Below are positions 18,846 through 29,770 of a stretch of DNA of 64,000 nucleotides, in pieces. Source of the DNA: Candidatus Obscuribacterales bacterium (lineage in GTDB: Bacteria; Cyanobacteriota; Vampirovibrionia; Obscuribacterales; Obscuribacteraceae); the NCBI GenBank assembly GCA_965228855.1, contig CBDDIJ010000005.1, forward strand, positions 448,001 to 512,000, read 5' to 3'. Each line of letters opens with the position of its first letter. The first letter of the stretch is position 1. Both the position numbers and the translations under genes were made by a program. The notes under the pieces are model-generated. The model made no database searches, was not told where the DNA came from, and worked only from the letters and a program-made list of their open reading frames with translations.

Positions 18846-20951
18846 CTACTTGCTGGGTCCGGCCTTATCCAGCGCATCTAAAACCATCTTCTGATTTATA
18901 ACTTCGGGAAGAACAATGTGTTCTTTCGGGTGTCCTGCAGGGATAACCACATATAGTGGCACTCCTGATCGACCGAATCGATTCAAGATTTTCGAAATAT
19001 CCGGATCCTGCGTTGTCCAGTCAGCCTGCATCGTCTCGACCTTAAGCTCGCGGAATTTGTTTTTGACCTCGGCAGTGTTCAAAAACAGTTTCTCATTCGA
19101 CTTACACGTCAAACACCAATCGGCTGTGAAGTCCAGAAAAATAGTTTTGTTTTGACCGACCGCATCTTTCAGAGATGTGATTGAAAACGGCTTCCAGTCA
19201 ATACCTTCGGAATTCGAGTTTTGAGCAGTCGCCGCTTTGGAAGAAACACCACCCAGAGAAAGAGCTATCGACGGCTGATTGACGATGAAGAAATAGCCAC
19301 CTGCAATTGCGATTACACCGGCAATTGACCAGACTTTGATCTTGCGTTCGTTGGAGCTTGTCAGATCGGTGTATCTACTGATTATCCAACAGGCGAGAGC
19401 AACCGTTAGAAGGAAGTACGATACCCACATCTGCCCTTCCGGACCGACTTGTTGACCGAGAACGAAGAGCAGCCAAACAACAGTCGCCATCAGGACGAAA
19501 CCCATAGATTCTTTGAATTTCTCCATCCAGACACCAGGTCGCGGACAGAACTTCATGAGCTGAGGGAAGGCAGTGAACAACAGGTAAGGCAGAGACATCC
19601 CCAGCCCACTCATGAAGAAGATCCCAAACACGACCCAGGCAGGCTGAGCAAAGGCGAAACCGAGCGCGGTGCCGAGAAACGGAGCGGTGCATGGAGTTGA
19701 AAGCGTCGTGGCGAGAACACCCTTGAAAAAGGTTCCAACAAACCCTTCCCTGGAAGCCAGCTTATCAAGCCCATCTTGACCTGCATTGAAAGAGACGTAA
19801 AACAATCCGAACAGGCTAAGTGCTAGTAAGAGGACGATGGTGCTCATCAAAATTACAAAACCAGGATATTGAAATTGAAACCCCCAGCCGACTGATTGTC
19901 CCGCCGCCCTGATACCAAGAACAATGGCTGCCAGAGCCAGAAAGGAGGACATGATGCCTGCGGAAAACGTAAGACCGAGAAGTCGAACTCGAGCGGGTTC
20001 TTCATCAGCCTGCTCGATGAAGCTCATAACCTTTATTGCAATAACAGGTAGAACGCACGGCATCACATTGAGTATCAATCCGCCCAGCAGCGCAAACCCC
20101 AGGTAATAGCCAACGCCCTCGGCAGTGCCTTCTTCACCCTTCTTACCGAAAATCTCATCAAGAGTCGAATCGGTGGCTCCCCCCGCTGCAGCATCACCGG
20201 CGGTGGCGGGCGTACCGGGCCCGTTTTCAGAACTCGCGACAAGCGGAGTAACTTCGTGACCGCTCTCATCGGACAACTTCGTTACATCACCGGTCCAGCC
20301 GACTGAGGAAAATTGTGACGCGTTCGCCTTATCCGGCTGCGCATCGGAAACCGGCACGTCAGTAGTTATGCTGGCCTTGCCAGGCAAACAAATTTCCTTG
20401 CAGGACAACCAGCTCAACGAAGCATCGATCTTTACCGGCTGGTCTTTCGGCAAGTCAGCGGGCGCAGTCACTTTGGTCGCGATAAACGTTTTACTCGCAT
20501 ATCCGTACGTGGTTATCCCGGAGTCCACGAATTTGTGCGGCTTCTCCCAGAGCAAATCGCCATGAGTAAATCCCGGCGGCAATTTCCACTCAATCGACGT
20601 CGGCATGCCGGCGTCACCGCATTCCTTGTAATAGATGTGCCAGCCGGGTTCGATATCAAATGCGACCCCGAGCAGAAACTCGCTTCCCGGTTTAATCGTC
20701 TTACTCTCGGTGACCAGATGCGCACGAACATGAACCTCTTCGGCAGCCAGTGCTGCCGAATTGCTCTGAAACACCGCAATTTCTGCCCCGCCAGGAGTGC
20801 GGAGCACGAGTGGAAAAATGAACGAACAGCAGATGGTCATTGCCAGGGCCAGCACCGCTGGTAGTGCCACAACTCGATTGAATTTGAATAAACCGGAAGC
20901 ATTTCCGTCCACAGACGGCGGCTTAGCAAGAGTCATTTCCGTTTTCCTCAC
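18846..20951 (-). CDS. dsbD: Thiol:disulfide interchange protein, DsbD/ScsB family
   Basis: N-domain GWHIYY...CKEIC, TM core LILNVMPCVLPV and TPCTAPFLG, and thioredoxin motif DFTADWCLTC. Confidence 0.9.
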   Translation of the reverse strand: MRKTEMTLAKPPSVDGNASGLFKFNRVVALPAVLALAMTICCSFIFPLVLRTPGGAEIAVFQSNSAALAAEEVHVRAHLVTESKTIKPGSEFLLGVAFDIEPGWHIYYKECGDAGMPTSIEWKLPPGFTHGDLLWEKPHKFVDSGITTYGYASKTFIATKVTAPADLPKDQPVKIDASLSWLSCKEICLPGKASITTDVPVSDAQPDKANASQFSSVGWTGDVTKLSDESGHEVTPLVASSENGPGTPATAGDAAAGGATDSTLDEIFGKKGEEGTAEGVGYYLGFALLGGLILNVMPCVLPVIAIKVMSFIEQADEEPARVRLLGLTFSAGIMSSFLALAAIVLGIRAAGQSVGWGFQFQYPGFVILMSTIVLLLALSLFGLFYVSFNAGQDGLDKLASREGFVGTFFKGVLATTLSTPCTAPFLGTALGFAFAQPAWVVFGIFFMSGLGMSLPYLLFTAFPQLMKFCPRPGVWMEKFKESMGFVLMATVVWLLFVLGQQVGPEGQMWVSYFLLTVALACWIISRYTDLTSSNERKIKVWSIAGVIAIAGGYFFIVNQPSIALSLGGVSSKAATAQNSNSEGIDWKPFSITSLKDAVGQNKTIFLDFTADWCLTCKSNEKLFLNTAEVKNKFRELKVETMQADWTTQDPDISKILNRFGRSGVPLYVVIPAGHPKEHIVLPEVINQKMVLDALDKAGPSK

Positions 20952-21012
20952 GTGGTTGTCTGTCCGGAATCAAGTTCTATGGTTGTTTTAGTACTTTGAT
21001 GTTAGGAGATTG

Positions 21013-22431
21013 TTATTGCGAAGTTGATTTTTTAGTCAGTGCATTCTCGGCGGCAATATCAGCATACACGTATGCACTCTTGCGCGGTTGGCGCTTCTGA
21101 TCCGGATAACTGACCCGCACCAGACCGAAGCGCTGCTGCAGACCCTCGGCCCACTCGAAATTATCAAGAAGCGACCAGTGCAAATATCCTCGGACAGGCG
21201 AACCGGCCCGAATTGCCTCATGAATAGCTTCCAGATGCTGTGTCATGTACTCGACGCGCTCCACATCTTCGAGAGACCAATCGCCTTCTACGAGCTGGCT
21301 TTCGAAACACTCGGCATAACCGTTTTCCGTAATGTAAATCTCGCGAGTCTTACCAGAAGAACTCTTCAAGTAAGGTTTAACGTCATGGGTGAGAATTTGA
21401 TACAGACCCTCAGGGTATGTTTCCCAACCGAGCGCATTCGTTTTCAAAAGCGGTTTCGGCGACGCTTCGCCAAACAAATCCGGCGGCCAGGACGGTTTGA
21501 AACGCGAAATCTCCCTTGTGTAGTAGTTGATACCAAGGTAATCGATGCTGTCTTTGAGGCCGGGTATCGGTCCTTCAAGTTCCCGAATTTCTTTGAAGAA
21601 CGACAGTGGCGGCGGCAAACTGTAAACACCTGATTGAATGCTCGCCGGGAAAAGATGATTGAAAACGTTATCTCGAACCATACAGACCATGTGATCCAGC
21701 GGACTTAGCGGCTTCTCCGGCGAAAAGGGTCGCCAGTGATTCGTGTAACTGACCTGTGCCTCCGGATAGCTCGCTTTGATCGCGTTGTAAGCGTGCACGT
21801 GCCCGACCAGCATGTTCTTTATCGTTTTGAACGCAGAAAGATAGTCGCTCACGTGCCCCGGCGTCCACTGACCGCTCACATAACTTTGATAGGCATACGC
21901 CATGGGTTCGTTGATGGTTAGCCAGAAATCGACTTTGTCGCCAAGAGCCTCCACAACCTTTTGCGTGAAGATGCCGAACTGCTCCGCTGCAACCGGGCTC
22001 GTCCAGCCGCCTCTGGCCGCTACCCAGGTCGGCAGGCAGAAGTGGAACAAAGTCACAAAGGTTTTGATCCCACGCGCTTGCAAGTCTGTGAGCAGCTTTC
22101 GATAGTATTCGACAGCCTCAGGGTCAAGCTCCTGACTCGTGGACTCGCCTCCCGGCTCATCCTTCAATATTGCAGGCCAGTTGATGCTTATGCGAAACGC
22201 GTTCAACTTGAGCGCTTCAAGCAGATCGATATCGTCCGGATATCTATTAACAAAATCACACGCAAATTCAGCAGTGCTGCCGTCCACAATCTTGGCCGGC
22301 ATTGACATCCAGGATGACCAATCGGACAACTGGGCCTGCATCTCAGCAGAATACCCCTCAATCTGGAAATGTGAGGTCGCAGCCCCCCAGAGGAAGCCGT
22401 TCGGAAACGTCAATTTGCTTGCTTTACTCAA
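21013..22431 (-). CDS. Glycoside hydrolase family 1 (beta-glucosidase-like)
   Basis: FLWGAATSHFQIEG, TINEP (acid/base), ITENG (nucleophile) and WSLLDNFEWAEG motifs. Confidence 0.94.
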   Translation of the reverse strand: MSKASKLTFPNGFLWGAATSHFQIEGYSAEMQAQLSDWSSWMSMPAKIVDGSTAEFACDFVNRYPDDIDLLEALKLNAFRISINWPAILKDEPGGESTSQELDPEAVEYYRKLLTDLQARGIKTFVTLFHFCLPTWVAARGGWTSPVAAEQFGIFTQKVVEALGDKVDFWLTINEPMAYAYQSYVSGQWTPGHVSDYLSAFKTIKNMLVGHVHAYNAIKASYPEAQVSYTNHWRPFSPEKPLSPLDHMVCMVRDNVFNHLFPASIQSGVYSLPPPLSFFKEIRELEGPIPGLKDSIDYLGINYYTREISRFKPSWPPDLFGEASPKPLLKTNALGWETYPEGLYQILTHDVKPYLKSSSGKTREIYITENGYAECFESQLVEGDWSLEDVERVEYMTQHLEAIHEAIRAGSPVRGYLHWSLLDNFEWAEGLQQRFGLVRVSYPDQKRQPRKSAYVYADIAAENALTKKSTSQ

Positions 22432-22543
22432 TTTCGTTGGAGGTCGATGAACCAGACTATCTTAAGGCTTACGAGACTAGCATTTACCCATCGTTATAAC
22501 CTAAAACAACAAAAAGTTTTCTCGCGCACATGACCGGTATCAT

Positions 22544-25168
22544 GTGTCTAAATCCATCCTCGGACTTTCCTCCATGTCCTCAGACGTGCTTACACGACCG
22601 CCAGCAAGCCGCAGCGCTCGACCTTTTTCGCTTTACGAGTGGCTTATCTGGTTAAACGATCACAATTCAGCCGCCATCGCGTTACTGCTGGTCGTAAATT
22701 TAGCTTGCCACTGGCAAACCCTTGGCGGCTACTTCCTCGCCGACGATTTCGTCCATGTAGCCTGGCTACAGGAGGTTTTCAACGGTCATCCGGACCTTTT
22801 GTTGAAAAACTTTTACTCAACTTGGTTACAAACAGAAGGAACGAACTTTTATCGCCCCTTTATATCGGTGACCCTCGCTTTCGACCGCGCCCTGTTCGGA
22901 TTCAGCCCACTCGGCTATCACATCACAAACTTTATCTATCAATGTCTGTCGACGATCGGTCTTTTCCTTGTTGTAAAAGAGTGCACATTCTTGTTTCGCC
23001 AGAATAGCGAAAAACCGGTTGCTGAGACTGGTTTTGACGACGAAAGTTTTTACGCTTCGACACTCTTGCCCCTGCTGTCGGCCATGCTGTTTGCAGTTCA
23101 CCCCCTGCACGCAGAGGTCGTGAGCTGGATAATAGCGCGCGTGGACAGTGTCTGCTGCGCTTTCTACTTACTATCAATGTGGCTCTTCTTGAAGTCGAGG
23201 AGAACCGTCGACGCAAAAAAAATACGTTATACAGTGCTCGCGTATACCTGCTTTGTCATCAGCTTGATTTCAAAGGAGATGGCGGTAACTTTACCTCCGG
23301 CACTGGTATTACTTATGGTGCTCTTTCCCAGCACTAACGAGGACGGAAAACAACCTGGCTTTTTTGCATCCATACCGAAAGCATTTGCGGCAACATGGCA
23401 GTTGTGGCTGATTTTAGTGATTTATGCGGTTGGGAGAACACTCGCACTGGGCTCAGTCACAGGCGGGTATCAAGGTTCAATAGGTGAAGGACTTTCCGAG
23501 TCGACACTGTCCAGAATATTCTCATTCGCCTCGACGCAACGAGTGATCTTTCCTTTGAACGCGGAAGTTTTCGACCCAATCAAAAGAATTGTGAGACCGC
23601 TATCCATACTGTACGGCATCACTTTGACGCTCTTCCTGGCGCGTTTCTTCTATAGCCAAAACAAGCTGCTCATATTAAAAACTATCGCATTTGCGGCACT
23701 CTGGTTTCTCCTCGTGATGATACCGACGATACCGGTATGGAATCTCACGGAGTCGTTACAGGGCTCCAGGTTTATCTACGTGGGAACAGCTCCGTTATGC
23801 CTCCTGATCGCAGCCCTTTTAGCTCCTATGTGGAACTTTGGAAAGGGAGAGGCCGCAGCCCGAAAATCTCCTGTATCACCGCCGATGGTGGCACTCAGCG
23901 CTCTCTCATCGGTTACGGCTCTTTCAATCGTTGCCTTCTACGGTTACATAGCATTCGGAAATAATTCAGCCTGGGTTCAAGCCGGGTCAGAGCTGCGCTC
24001 GCTTCGAGACGCGCTGGACAAGCAAGTAAAGAACGTTCCACCCACTGACGACGTAGCTTTACTGAATTTACCGCATAAATATAAGGGCGCTCACATGCTC
24101 TATAACGCGGCAACTCTCTCAGTTCTTCTAGCGCCACCGTTGAACGAATCCAACATCTTCCGACGAGTGCGAACTTTTGAACCGGTTCTATTCGGTGATG
24201 ATGACCTGATTAGAATTTCCAGAGTGCGACGGCTGCTCTTACCGCCAGCGAAAACGCATTTTGTTTTCTGGGACCGCGAAGATGAAAAATTGGTTCCAAT
24301 CGAGCTGAAGACTGCAGATTCTGAAATCAAACTAGACCAAAAATGTCAGGAACTAAAGCCAATCGACATTGATGCCCGAGGAAATCCACTTTTAAAACTG
24401 GCCGAAAAGAATATTTCGGACAGAGGGAAAGTCCCACCAATCGGCGGTCATCGAGTCCCATACGCCGTCCGGCTACTGACACCAGCGCTGGATATTCAGC
24501 CAACAGCCGTAGACTTTCTCGACATTTGTCTGTCTGCAACAAGCAATGACGGCGGCACCGCCGGCGGTTCCATTCCAGTCGTCGTGCGATGGTCCGGCGC
24601 TGTTTCTTTAGAGTCAAACGATGCGCAGAACCTGATAACGACCGTTCCTTCCGACGGGAAGCTTTACAGAATGCGCATACACGTATCAGAGCATAAGAAG
24701 TGGCTGAGCCGAGGAGAGATCCATCGCGTCGCAATCGAATCGCCACTGCCCGGAGCAAGCGTTACAGTCCAGGGAGTCTCCTTGGTGAGCGGCTCGGACT
24801 GTATACCGGTTCTGGAAACCGCCGGCAACTTTAGCGAGGACGAAAGCGGCGTAACCCGCGCCGGCGGAAAGATCGGGAGATTTTCATTCGACGCGACGAA
24901 AGTCGGTGGAGCGACAAAAACATTATTTGAAATTTCTAAGCCTGATGCCTGGTTTGAGCACTATAGCAACACTTACCGAGATGCCAGTGCCTGTCCGAAA
25001 GCCCTTAAAACCTGGATTAGAAACGACTTGCACGAAGTGGGACAGGAATTTAGCTTGAAAGATCTCGGAGGAGCCGGATTTTACGAATTAAGAATGGCAG
25101 CGGTAGGACATGAGGGAGAAGTAGTAGGCTATTTCTCCGACCCGATTATGTTTCAACTAAGCCACTGA
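22544..25168 (+). CDS. GT-C fold membrane glycosyltransferase (PMT/TMTC-like) with large C-terminal soluble domain
   Basis: FLADD after TM1, FYRP, GYHITN, LFAVHPLHAEVVSWI and SKEMA motifs, with many TM helices. Confidence 0.78.
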   Translation: MSKSILGLSSMSSDVLTRPPASRSARPFSLYEWLIWLNDHNSAAIALLLVVNLACHWQTLGGYFLADDFVHVAWLQEVFNGHPDLLLKNFYSTWLQTEGTNFYRPFISVTLAFDRALFGFSPLGYHITNFIYQCLSTIGLFLVVKECTFLFRQNSEKPVAETGFDDESFYASTLLPLLSAMLFAVHPLHAEVVSWIIARVDSVCCAFYLLSMWLFLKSRRTVDAKKIRYTVLAYTCFVISLISKEMAVTLPPALVLLMVLFPSTNEDGKQPGFFASIPKAFAATWQLWLILVIYAVGRTLALGSVTGGYQGSIGEGLSESTLSRIFSFASTQRVIFPLNAEVFDPIKRIVRPLSILYGITLTLFLARFFYSQNKLLILKTIAFAALWFLLVMIPTIPVWNLTESLQGSRFIYVGTAPLCLLIAALLAPMWNFGKGEAAARKSPVSPPMVALSALSSVTALSIVAFYGYIAFGNNSAWVQAGSELRSLRDALDKQVKNVPPTDDVALLNLPHKYKGAHMLYNAATLSVLLAPPLNESNIFRRVRTFEPVLFGDDDLIRISRVRRLLLPPAKTHFVFWDREDEKLVPIELKTADSEIKLDQKCQELKPIDIDARGNPLLKLAEKNISDRGKVPPIGGHRVPYAVRLLTPALDIQPTAVDFLDICLSATSNDGGTAGGSIPVVVRWSGAVSLESNDAQNLITTVPSDGKLYRMRIHVSEHKKWLSRGEIHRVAIESPLPGASVTVQGVSLVSGSDCIPVLETAGNFSEDESGVTRAGGKIGRFSFDATKVGGATKTLFEISKPDAWFEHYSNTYRDASACPKALKTWIRNDLHEVGQEFSLKDLGGAGFYELRMAAVGHEGEVVGYFSDPIMFQLSH

Positions 25169-25176
25169 GAAGCAGC

Positions 25177-27225
25177 TTGAGCAATCGCACCGCAGAAAAA
25201 AAAGACGATTACAAACTCGCTCTGGAGGTTGCAACTTTCGACTGGAAATCAACGCGAATCCAGTTTTTCCTCGGCTTTCTTCTCACCCTCGTTCTTCTCG
25301 CCCTGGTTGTGCAGGAGTTCTTTGCCACCAGATTCCTCCCCCAGGAATATATTGCCGTCGGAAAGATGCTTACGGACGGAGTTCCCAACATACCGTCCGA
25401 AGTCGGTCTTAATTCAAATCCTCTGTTCTACATTCAACTGATGTTGTTCAACCATCACGCCTGGTGGTATCGAACAGTCAGTTTCGTAGTGACGTCACTT
25501 ACGGCAATGTCTGTCGGTTTAATCACCCTGGACATCACCATCCGGTACGGAAACCGAATAGGCGCATCGTCGGCTCTATTCGCCGCGCTGCTTTATCTTT
25601 TGATTCCTCATAACAATTCACTCACAATGCCGGTGACGATGCTCCCGGTTCTGCTGGCGAATTTTTTCGGTTTGTTCGCCGTGTTTTTAGATCTGCGCTT
25701 CCGCTTGCTTCGAGAAAACGGTTATTACTTGCTGGCTCTCTTGAGCCTCATACTGGCTGGCGTTTGCGACTCGACCGGCATCGTAGTTGCCATGCTGGGT
25801 TTAGCATTCTCGCGATCCTTCATTGCGGAAACCGAAAAACGCAACGCAAGCGGTCCGCTCAGGACCTACATTGGACTGAGTGTTTACTTTCTCGCCACGA
25901 TGCTGTTCCTGGTCCCCCACTCGGCATTAATGCTGTCCACAAGACCTTCCACTCAGACGGCGATGTCATTTCTCAGCGCCATTTTTTCGGGCGAAACCGA
26001 CCTTAAATACGTTCAAAAAATCTTGCCGATTTTAACAGTCACCACATTCGGTATCGCCACGCTAAGGCTTGTAATTGGTTCTCTCTGGTTGCGCCCCATA
26101 TTGTTTGCCCTCGTCTGGTCAGCCTCCGCCCTGGCGGCATGGAGCATTCTCAATCTCGGAGCTTCGAGCGCCTATGCCGTAGCCGGCATCTTCCTTTCCC
26201 CCCCGGTCTGTATTCTCTTAGCACTGGCAGCACTTCCGGCCGTCGATACACTGAACCGAAAAGCGCGTCTGTTTCTGACATTCACAGGTTCCTGCGTCAT
26301 ATCCGCGATTGTCGTACTCTGGGGCGTAGTGGTCGCTGAAGACGTCCGCAAAAATTACGATCAGGCTCGCGAACTTGGCTTGTTCAAAGTCGAATTGACC
26401 AAGCGAATGGAAAAGACCGCCGGAAAACTTGCAATTATCAATCCTCCTCTGGATTTCGTGTTTGGCGGACGGCGGAAGAAACTAGACTCACTGGAAGCTG
26501 CGCTCGTAGAGCGGAGAGACAGAGAGGAAACTATCCTTCAAGCCATGCTTTGCTCGCCACTGACAGGACAGCCACTAGAAGTTGAAACAAACCGAAGATT
26601 GCCTTCCGCTTTTATTCGAGTAAATAAAGTCGAACAGAAAGGCTCTTCAGATCCGGCTGCAGGAGTGACGGACTTTTACGTTTGGTCCTACGAGAATGGT
26701 CGCCTCATGCCGATCTACTACTCGGGAGTTCGCCAGACCCATCTGAAAGTGAATGAAAAAGTCCGAGTGGAACCAGTTGAAGCAGTCGGAATTAAAGCTG
26801 AAGACTGGGCTCAAGTCCAGAGCGGGGAGCCCTTCTATGAGTTCGTTTCTTCCGGCGTCCGATTGAATTCAGGGACTAAAAAGGATATCACCGTCTGGCT
26901 TCCCATGCGAGAATACCTGGATCCTACAAAAGCCGGCAACCTCGAAGTTACCTGTGCTACGTCGCAGTCGGCCACCGGCACGGAGTCGAAATCAAACGGT
27001 CTATCGCTAGTGTTCAAGGGAAAAGATAGCGATGAAGTAGGCTCCATAGAATTGCATCCGTCTCAACCGGCAGTCGACGCGAGGCTAACAAAACTGATCG
27101 CGGAGACAAAGGGCATCGCTGATTGGAATAAACATAACGGAATCTCCGCCCTGGGAGTCAGGCTTTCAGCGGGCAGCCCCAGCGTGGTAGTAGAATCTAT
27201 TGATACCGCTCCAGGTGCAAGATGA
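25177..27225 (+). CDS. Divergent paralog of the upstream GT-C membrane protein
   Basis: Same TM layout, and C-terminal blocks align by eye with the upstream gene. The DD motif is absent. Confidence 0.68.
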   Translation: MSNRTAEKKDDYKLALEVATFDWKSTRIQFFLGFLLTLVLLALVVQEFFATRFLPQEYIAVGKMLTDGVPNIPSEVGLNSNPLFYIQLMLFNHHAWWYRTVSFVVTSLTAMSVGLITLDITIRYGNRIGASSALFAALLYLLIPHNNSLTMPVTMLPVLLANFFGLFAVFLDLRFRLLRENGYYLLALLSLILAGVCDSTGIVVAMLGLAFSRSFIAETEKRNASGPLRTYIGLSVYFLATMLFLVPHSALMLSTRPSTQTAMSFLSAIFSGETDLKYVQKILPILTVTTFGIATLRLVIGSLWLRPILFALVWSASALAAWSILNLGASSAYAVAGIFLSPPVCILLALAALPAVDTLNRKARLFLTFTGSCVISAIVVLWGVVVAEDVRKNYDQARELGLFKVELTKRMEKTAGKLAIINPPLDFVFGGRRKKLDSLEAALVERRDREETILQAMLCSPLTGQPLEVETNRRLPSAFIRVNKVEQKGSSDPAAGVTDFYVWSYENGRLMPIYYSGVRQTHLKVNEKVRVEPVEAVGIKAEDWAQVQSGEPFYEFVSSGVRLNSGTKKDITVWLPMREYLDPTKAGNLEVTCATSQSATGTESKSNGLSLVFKGKDSDEVGSIELHPSQPAVDARLTKLIAETKGIADWNKHNGISALGVRLSAGSPSVVVESIDTAPGAR

Positions 27226-28514
27226 AATCGGACGAACTCAGTTTAAGACAAAAGTGGAAGCGCGGCGGCGGCGGACCGCGCATCCGGCAACCGCTCACTC
27301 TCATTGCGATTGCGCTTTTGGTCTGGCTTTGCTGGGAGCTGCGAACCCTCATCATCGCTCTGATATTCTCGCTGACCCTGGCATCGGCCATCGCTCCGGT
27401 CGCGGAGAAATGTGAGAACAAGTGGAGAATATCTCGAAAGATCACGGTTCTCGTCATTTACGCGCTTATCATAACCATCTATTCCTTTCTGGTTGCGGCT
27501 CTTTTTCCAACCTTGAAAGAACAGGCAGTAAGTTTGTATGAACGCTTGCCTCGTTACGCCGAAGGATTGGCTGAAGTCTACAACCATATGCGGGAGATGC
27601 TCGGCGAAAATGTCGCAAATTTCTCAATCAGCACGAGCGAAGTAAAGGCATTCGTATCGCGTCTAAGCGGGCATGCCCTCCATATGACCAGTGATATAGT
27701 GACGGTCGCAGCCACCGCGATTCTGGTTTTATTCCTGACCGCTTATTTTGTAGTTGAAGCGAAAGTGATGTGGCCGCAATTGCTGGCCTGGTTGCCGAAG
27801 AAAAAAGCGGCACGGGCCGCTACGCTAATCAGACCGCTGGAAGCCAGACTTGGTGGTTACATACGCGGACAACTTTTAGTGTGCCTGGCAGTGTCGACAT
27901 TCCTCACAATCGGCATGAGTTTGCTTCGAGTCGAACATGCACTGGTGCTCGGTCTATTGTCCGGATTGCTCAATCTGGTACCATTCGTCGGGTCCATGAC
28001 CACGGCACTGCTGGCTATTTTAGTGGCTTTTAATCAATCGCCGATGCTTGCCGGCGCCGTCGTACTGCTGTTCGTTTTCGAACAATGGGTCGAGAGCAAT
28101 TTGATTGTTCCAAATCTTCTGGGCAAGCAGGTAGAACTTCACCCACTGGTCGTCCTGTTTGCAATTCTGATTTTTGCGTCCATTCTTGGCGTGGCAGGCG
28201 CGCTCATCGCAGTCCCAGTTGCGACAGCAGGTATGTTCCTTGCAGAAGAGTTCTACTTGCGACCTATGAAAAACAGAGAAGCTGAAGAGGAAGTTCGAGT
28301 GGCGCGCGCGGCGGAGGCTCAGTCGGAAGACATGGATCGCTCTTACGAGGCGGCTGCGGCCATTCTGTCAGAAACCGCATCTGGAGCGCATCTGCGGCTC
28401 GAGAAAGAACGGCTGGAGCAGGAACAGAAACAACGTGCAACTCAACGAGAGCAACCCGGCGAGAATAATCCACAATCTGCAGTGGTCGAAGCTGAACCAT
28501 CGAACGAAGTCTAG
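27222..28514 (+). CDS. AI-2E family transporter
   Basis: GGYIRGQ, LNLVPFVG, QWVESNLIVP and ELHPLVVL motifs. ATGA overlap with the upstream gene. Confidence 0.9.
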   Translation: MKSDELSLRQKWKRGGGGPRIRQPLTLIAIALLVWLCWELRTLIIALIFSLTLASAIAPVAEKCENKWRISRKITVLVIYALIITIYSFLVAALFPTLKEQAVSLYERLPRYAEGLAEVYNHMREMLGENVANFSISTSEVKAFVSRLSGHALHMTSDIVTVAATAILVLFLTAYFVVEAKVMWPQLLAWLPKKKAARAATLIRPLEARLGGYIRGQLLVCLAVSTFLTIGMSLLRVEHALVLGLLSGLLNLVPFVGSMTTALLAILVAFNQSPMLAGAVVLLFVFEQWVESNLIVPNLLGKQVELHPLVVLFAILIFASILGVAGALIAVPVATAGMFLAEEFYLRPMKNREAEEEVRVARAAEAQSEDMDRSYEAAAAILSETASGAHLRLEKERLEQEQKQRATQREQPGENNPQSAVVEAEPSNEV

Positions 28515-29659
28515 ATTCGTGCAGGCAATTGCTTCCGGTTTCCACTTCCAACGGCCTCAGCAACATTCAGCTTTCTGTCGTCGAGAATAGCTCCGAGTTC
28601 TTTCAAAATCGTGAACGGCAAAAACGGTCCACCGTAGACCAGAGCAGTGTAGAGCTGAACGGCCGTAGCACCAGCTTGAATGAAACGAAACGCGTCAGCA
28701 CCGCTGCCGATACCACCACACGCGATAATCTGCTGCCCCTCTTGCTTCAACTCCCACATCTGGCGACAGACAGCCAGCGCCTTTTCTCGAATTGGCGGAC
28801 CGGAGAGACCACCTGGTCCAATCGACTTCAACGTCTCTTCCGCCGTTTTTACCGTAGAACGATCGACCGATGTATTTCCGCAGATGAAGCCTGCCAGCTC
28901 ATGCCTTGCCGCTACCTGAGCGACATTCTGCAACATCTCGGTATCGCTGTCAGGCGAAAGCTTTAAAAACAGCGGCAATTTCTGACTGTTGAGTTTCACG
29001 ATCTCGCCAAGCACCGCATCGATAGTAGCGACTTCAGCGAGTTTTGTCTCATGCGTGTTGGGACAGCTCACGTTTATCGCGACATAAATGACAGACAGGT
29101 CCTTCACGGATTTGAAGCTGTTTACAAAGTCCTCTACCGCTCGCTCGCCGACTATGCTGGGATCGTTAGTCTTCGCGATGTTGATGGACAGGGGAATGCT
29201 GGGATGCGCAGCCGCAAGTTTATCGGCGACACGCATTGCGCCCTGACCGTTCAACCCCATGTAATTGATTACGGCCTCGTCCTCGGGCAAACGAAAAATC
29301 CGCGGTCTTGGATTACCTGGCGATGGTCTCGCCGTCACAGAGCCAATCTCCGCAAATCCGAATCCCATCAATCGAAGATATTCGACAAGGTCTCCGTTCT
29401 TGTCAAAGCCCGCGGCTAAACCGAGCGGGTTGGAAAGTTTCGCTCCAGCCAGTTCAACAGCCAGTCTTGGCGATAGTTGACTGTACCAGATCTCAGTCTG
29501 AGCGCGCGCAATCGAAAGCGCCGGAGCGAGTTTGTGCGCGAGCAGATGCGCATCCTCCGGATCCATATTGAAGAAGTATGGTCGAATGAAACGCTCGTAA
29601 ATTCCCTGGCGACTACTGGTCACTGGTAAATCTTTTGTCCACAGCTGGAAGACAAACAA
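28511..29659 (-). CDS. pyrD: Quinone-dependent dihydroorotate dehydrogenase (class 2)
   Basis: DPEDAH, NPLGLAAGFDKN, GNPRPRIFRL, INVSCPNT, KLSPD, GGLSG and VQLYTALVY motifs. Start may be GTG 29623. Confidence 0.94.
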   Translation of the reverse strand: MFVFQLWTKDLPVTSSRQGIYERFIRPYFFNMDPEDAHLLAHKLAPALSIARAQTEIWYSQLSPRLAVELAGAKLSNPLGLAAGFDKNGDLVEYLRLMGFGFAEIGSVTARPSPGNPRPRIFRLPEDEAVINYMGLNGQGAMRVADKLAAAHPSIPLSINIAKTNDPSIVGERAVEDFVNSFKSVKDLSVIYVAINVSCPNTHETKLAEVATIDAVLGEIVKLNSQKLPLFLKLSPDSDTEMLQNVAQVAARHELAGFICGNTSVDRSTVKTAEETLKSIGPGGLSGPPIREKALAVCRQMWELKQEGQQIIACGGIGSGADAFRFIQAGATAVQLYTALVYGGPFLPFTILKELGAILDDRKLNVAEAVGSGNRKQLPARI

Positions 29660-29770
29660 ATGTTAGCTTAAAACGCCAGTTTTGCATACTTGCGGCTACC
29701 GCCACCACCCATAATGCGGTCCGGTGCACTTGCGTTTATCACCAACTCATGATGTATTAGTACTGAATCG

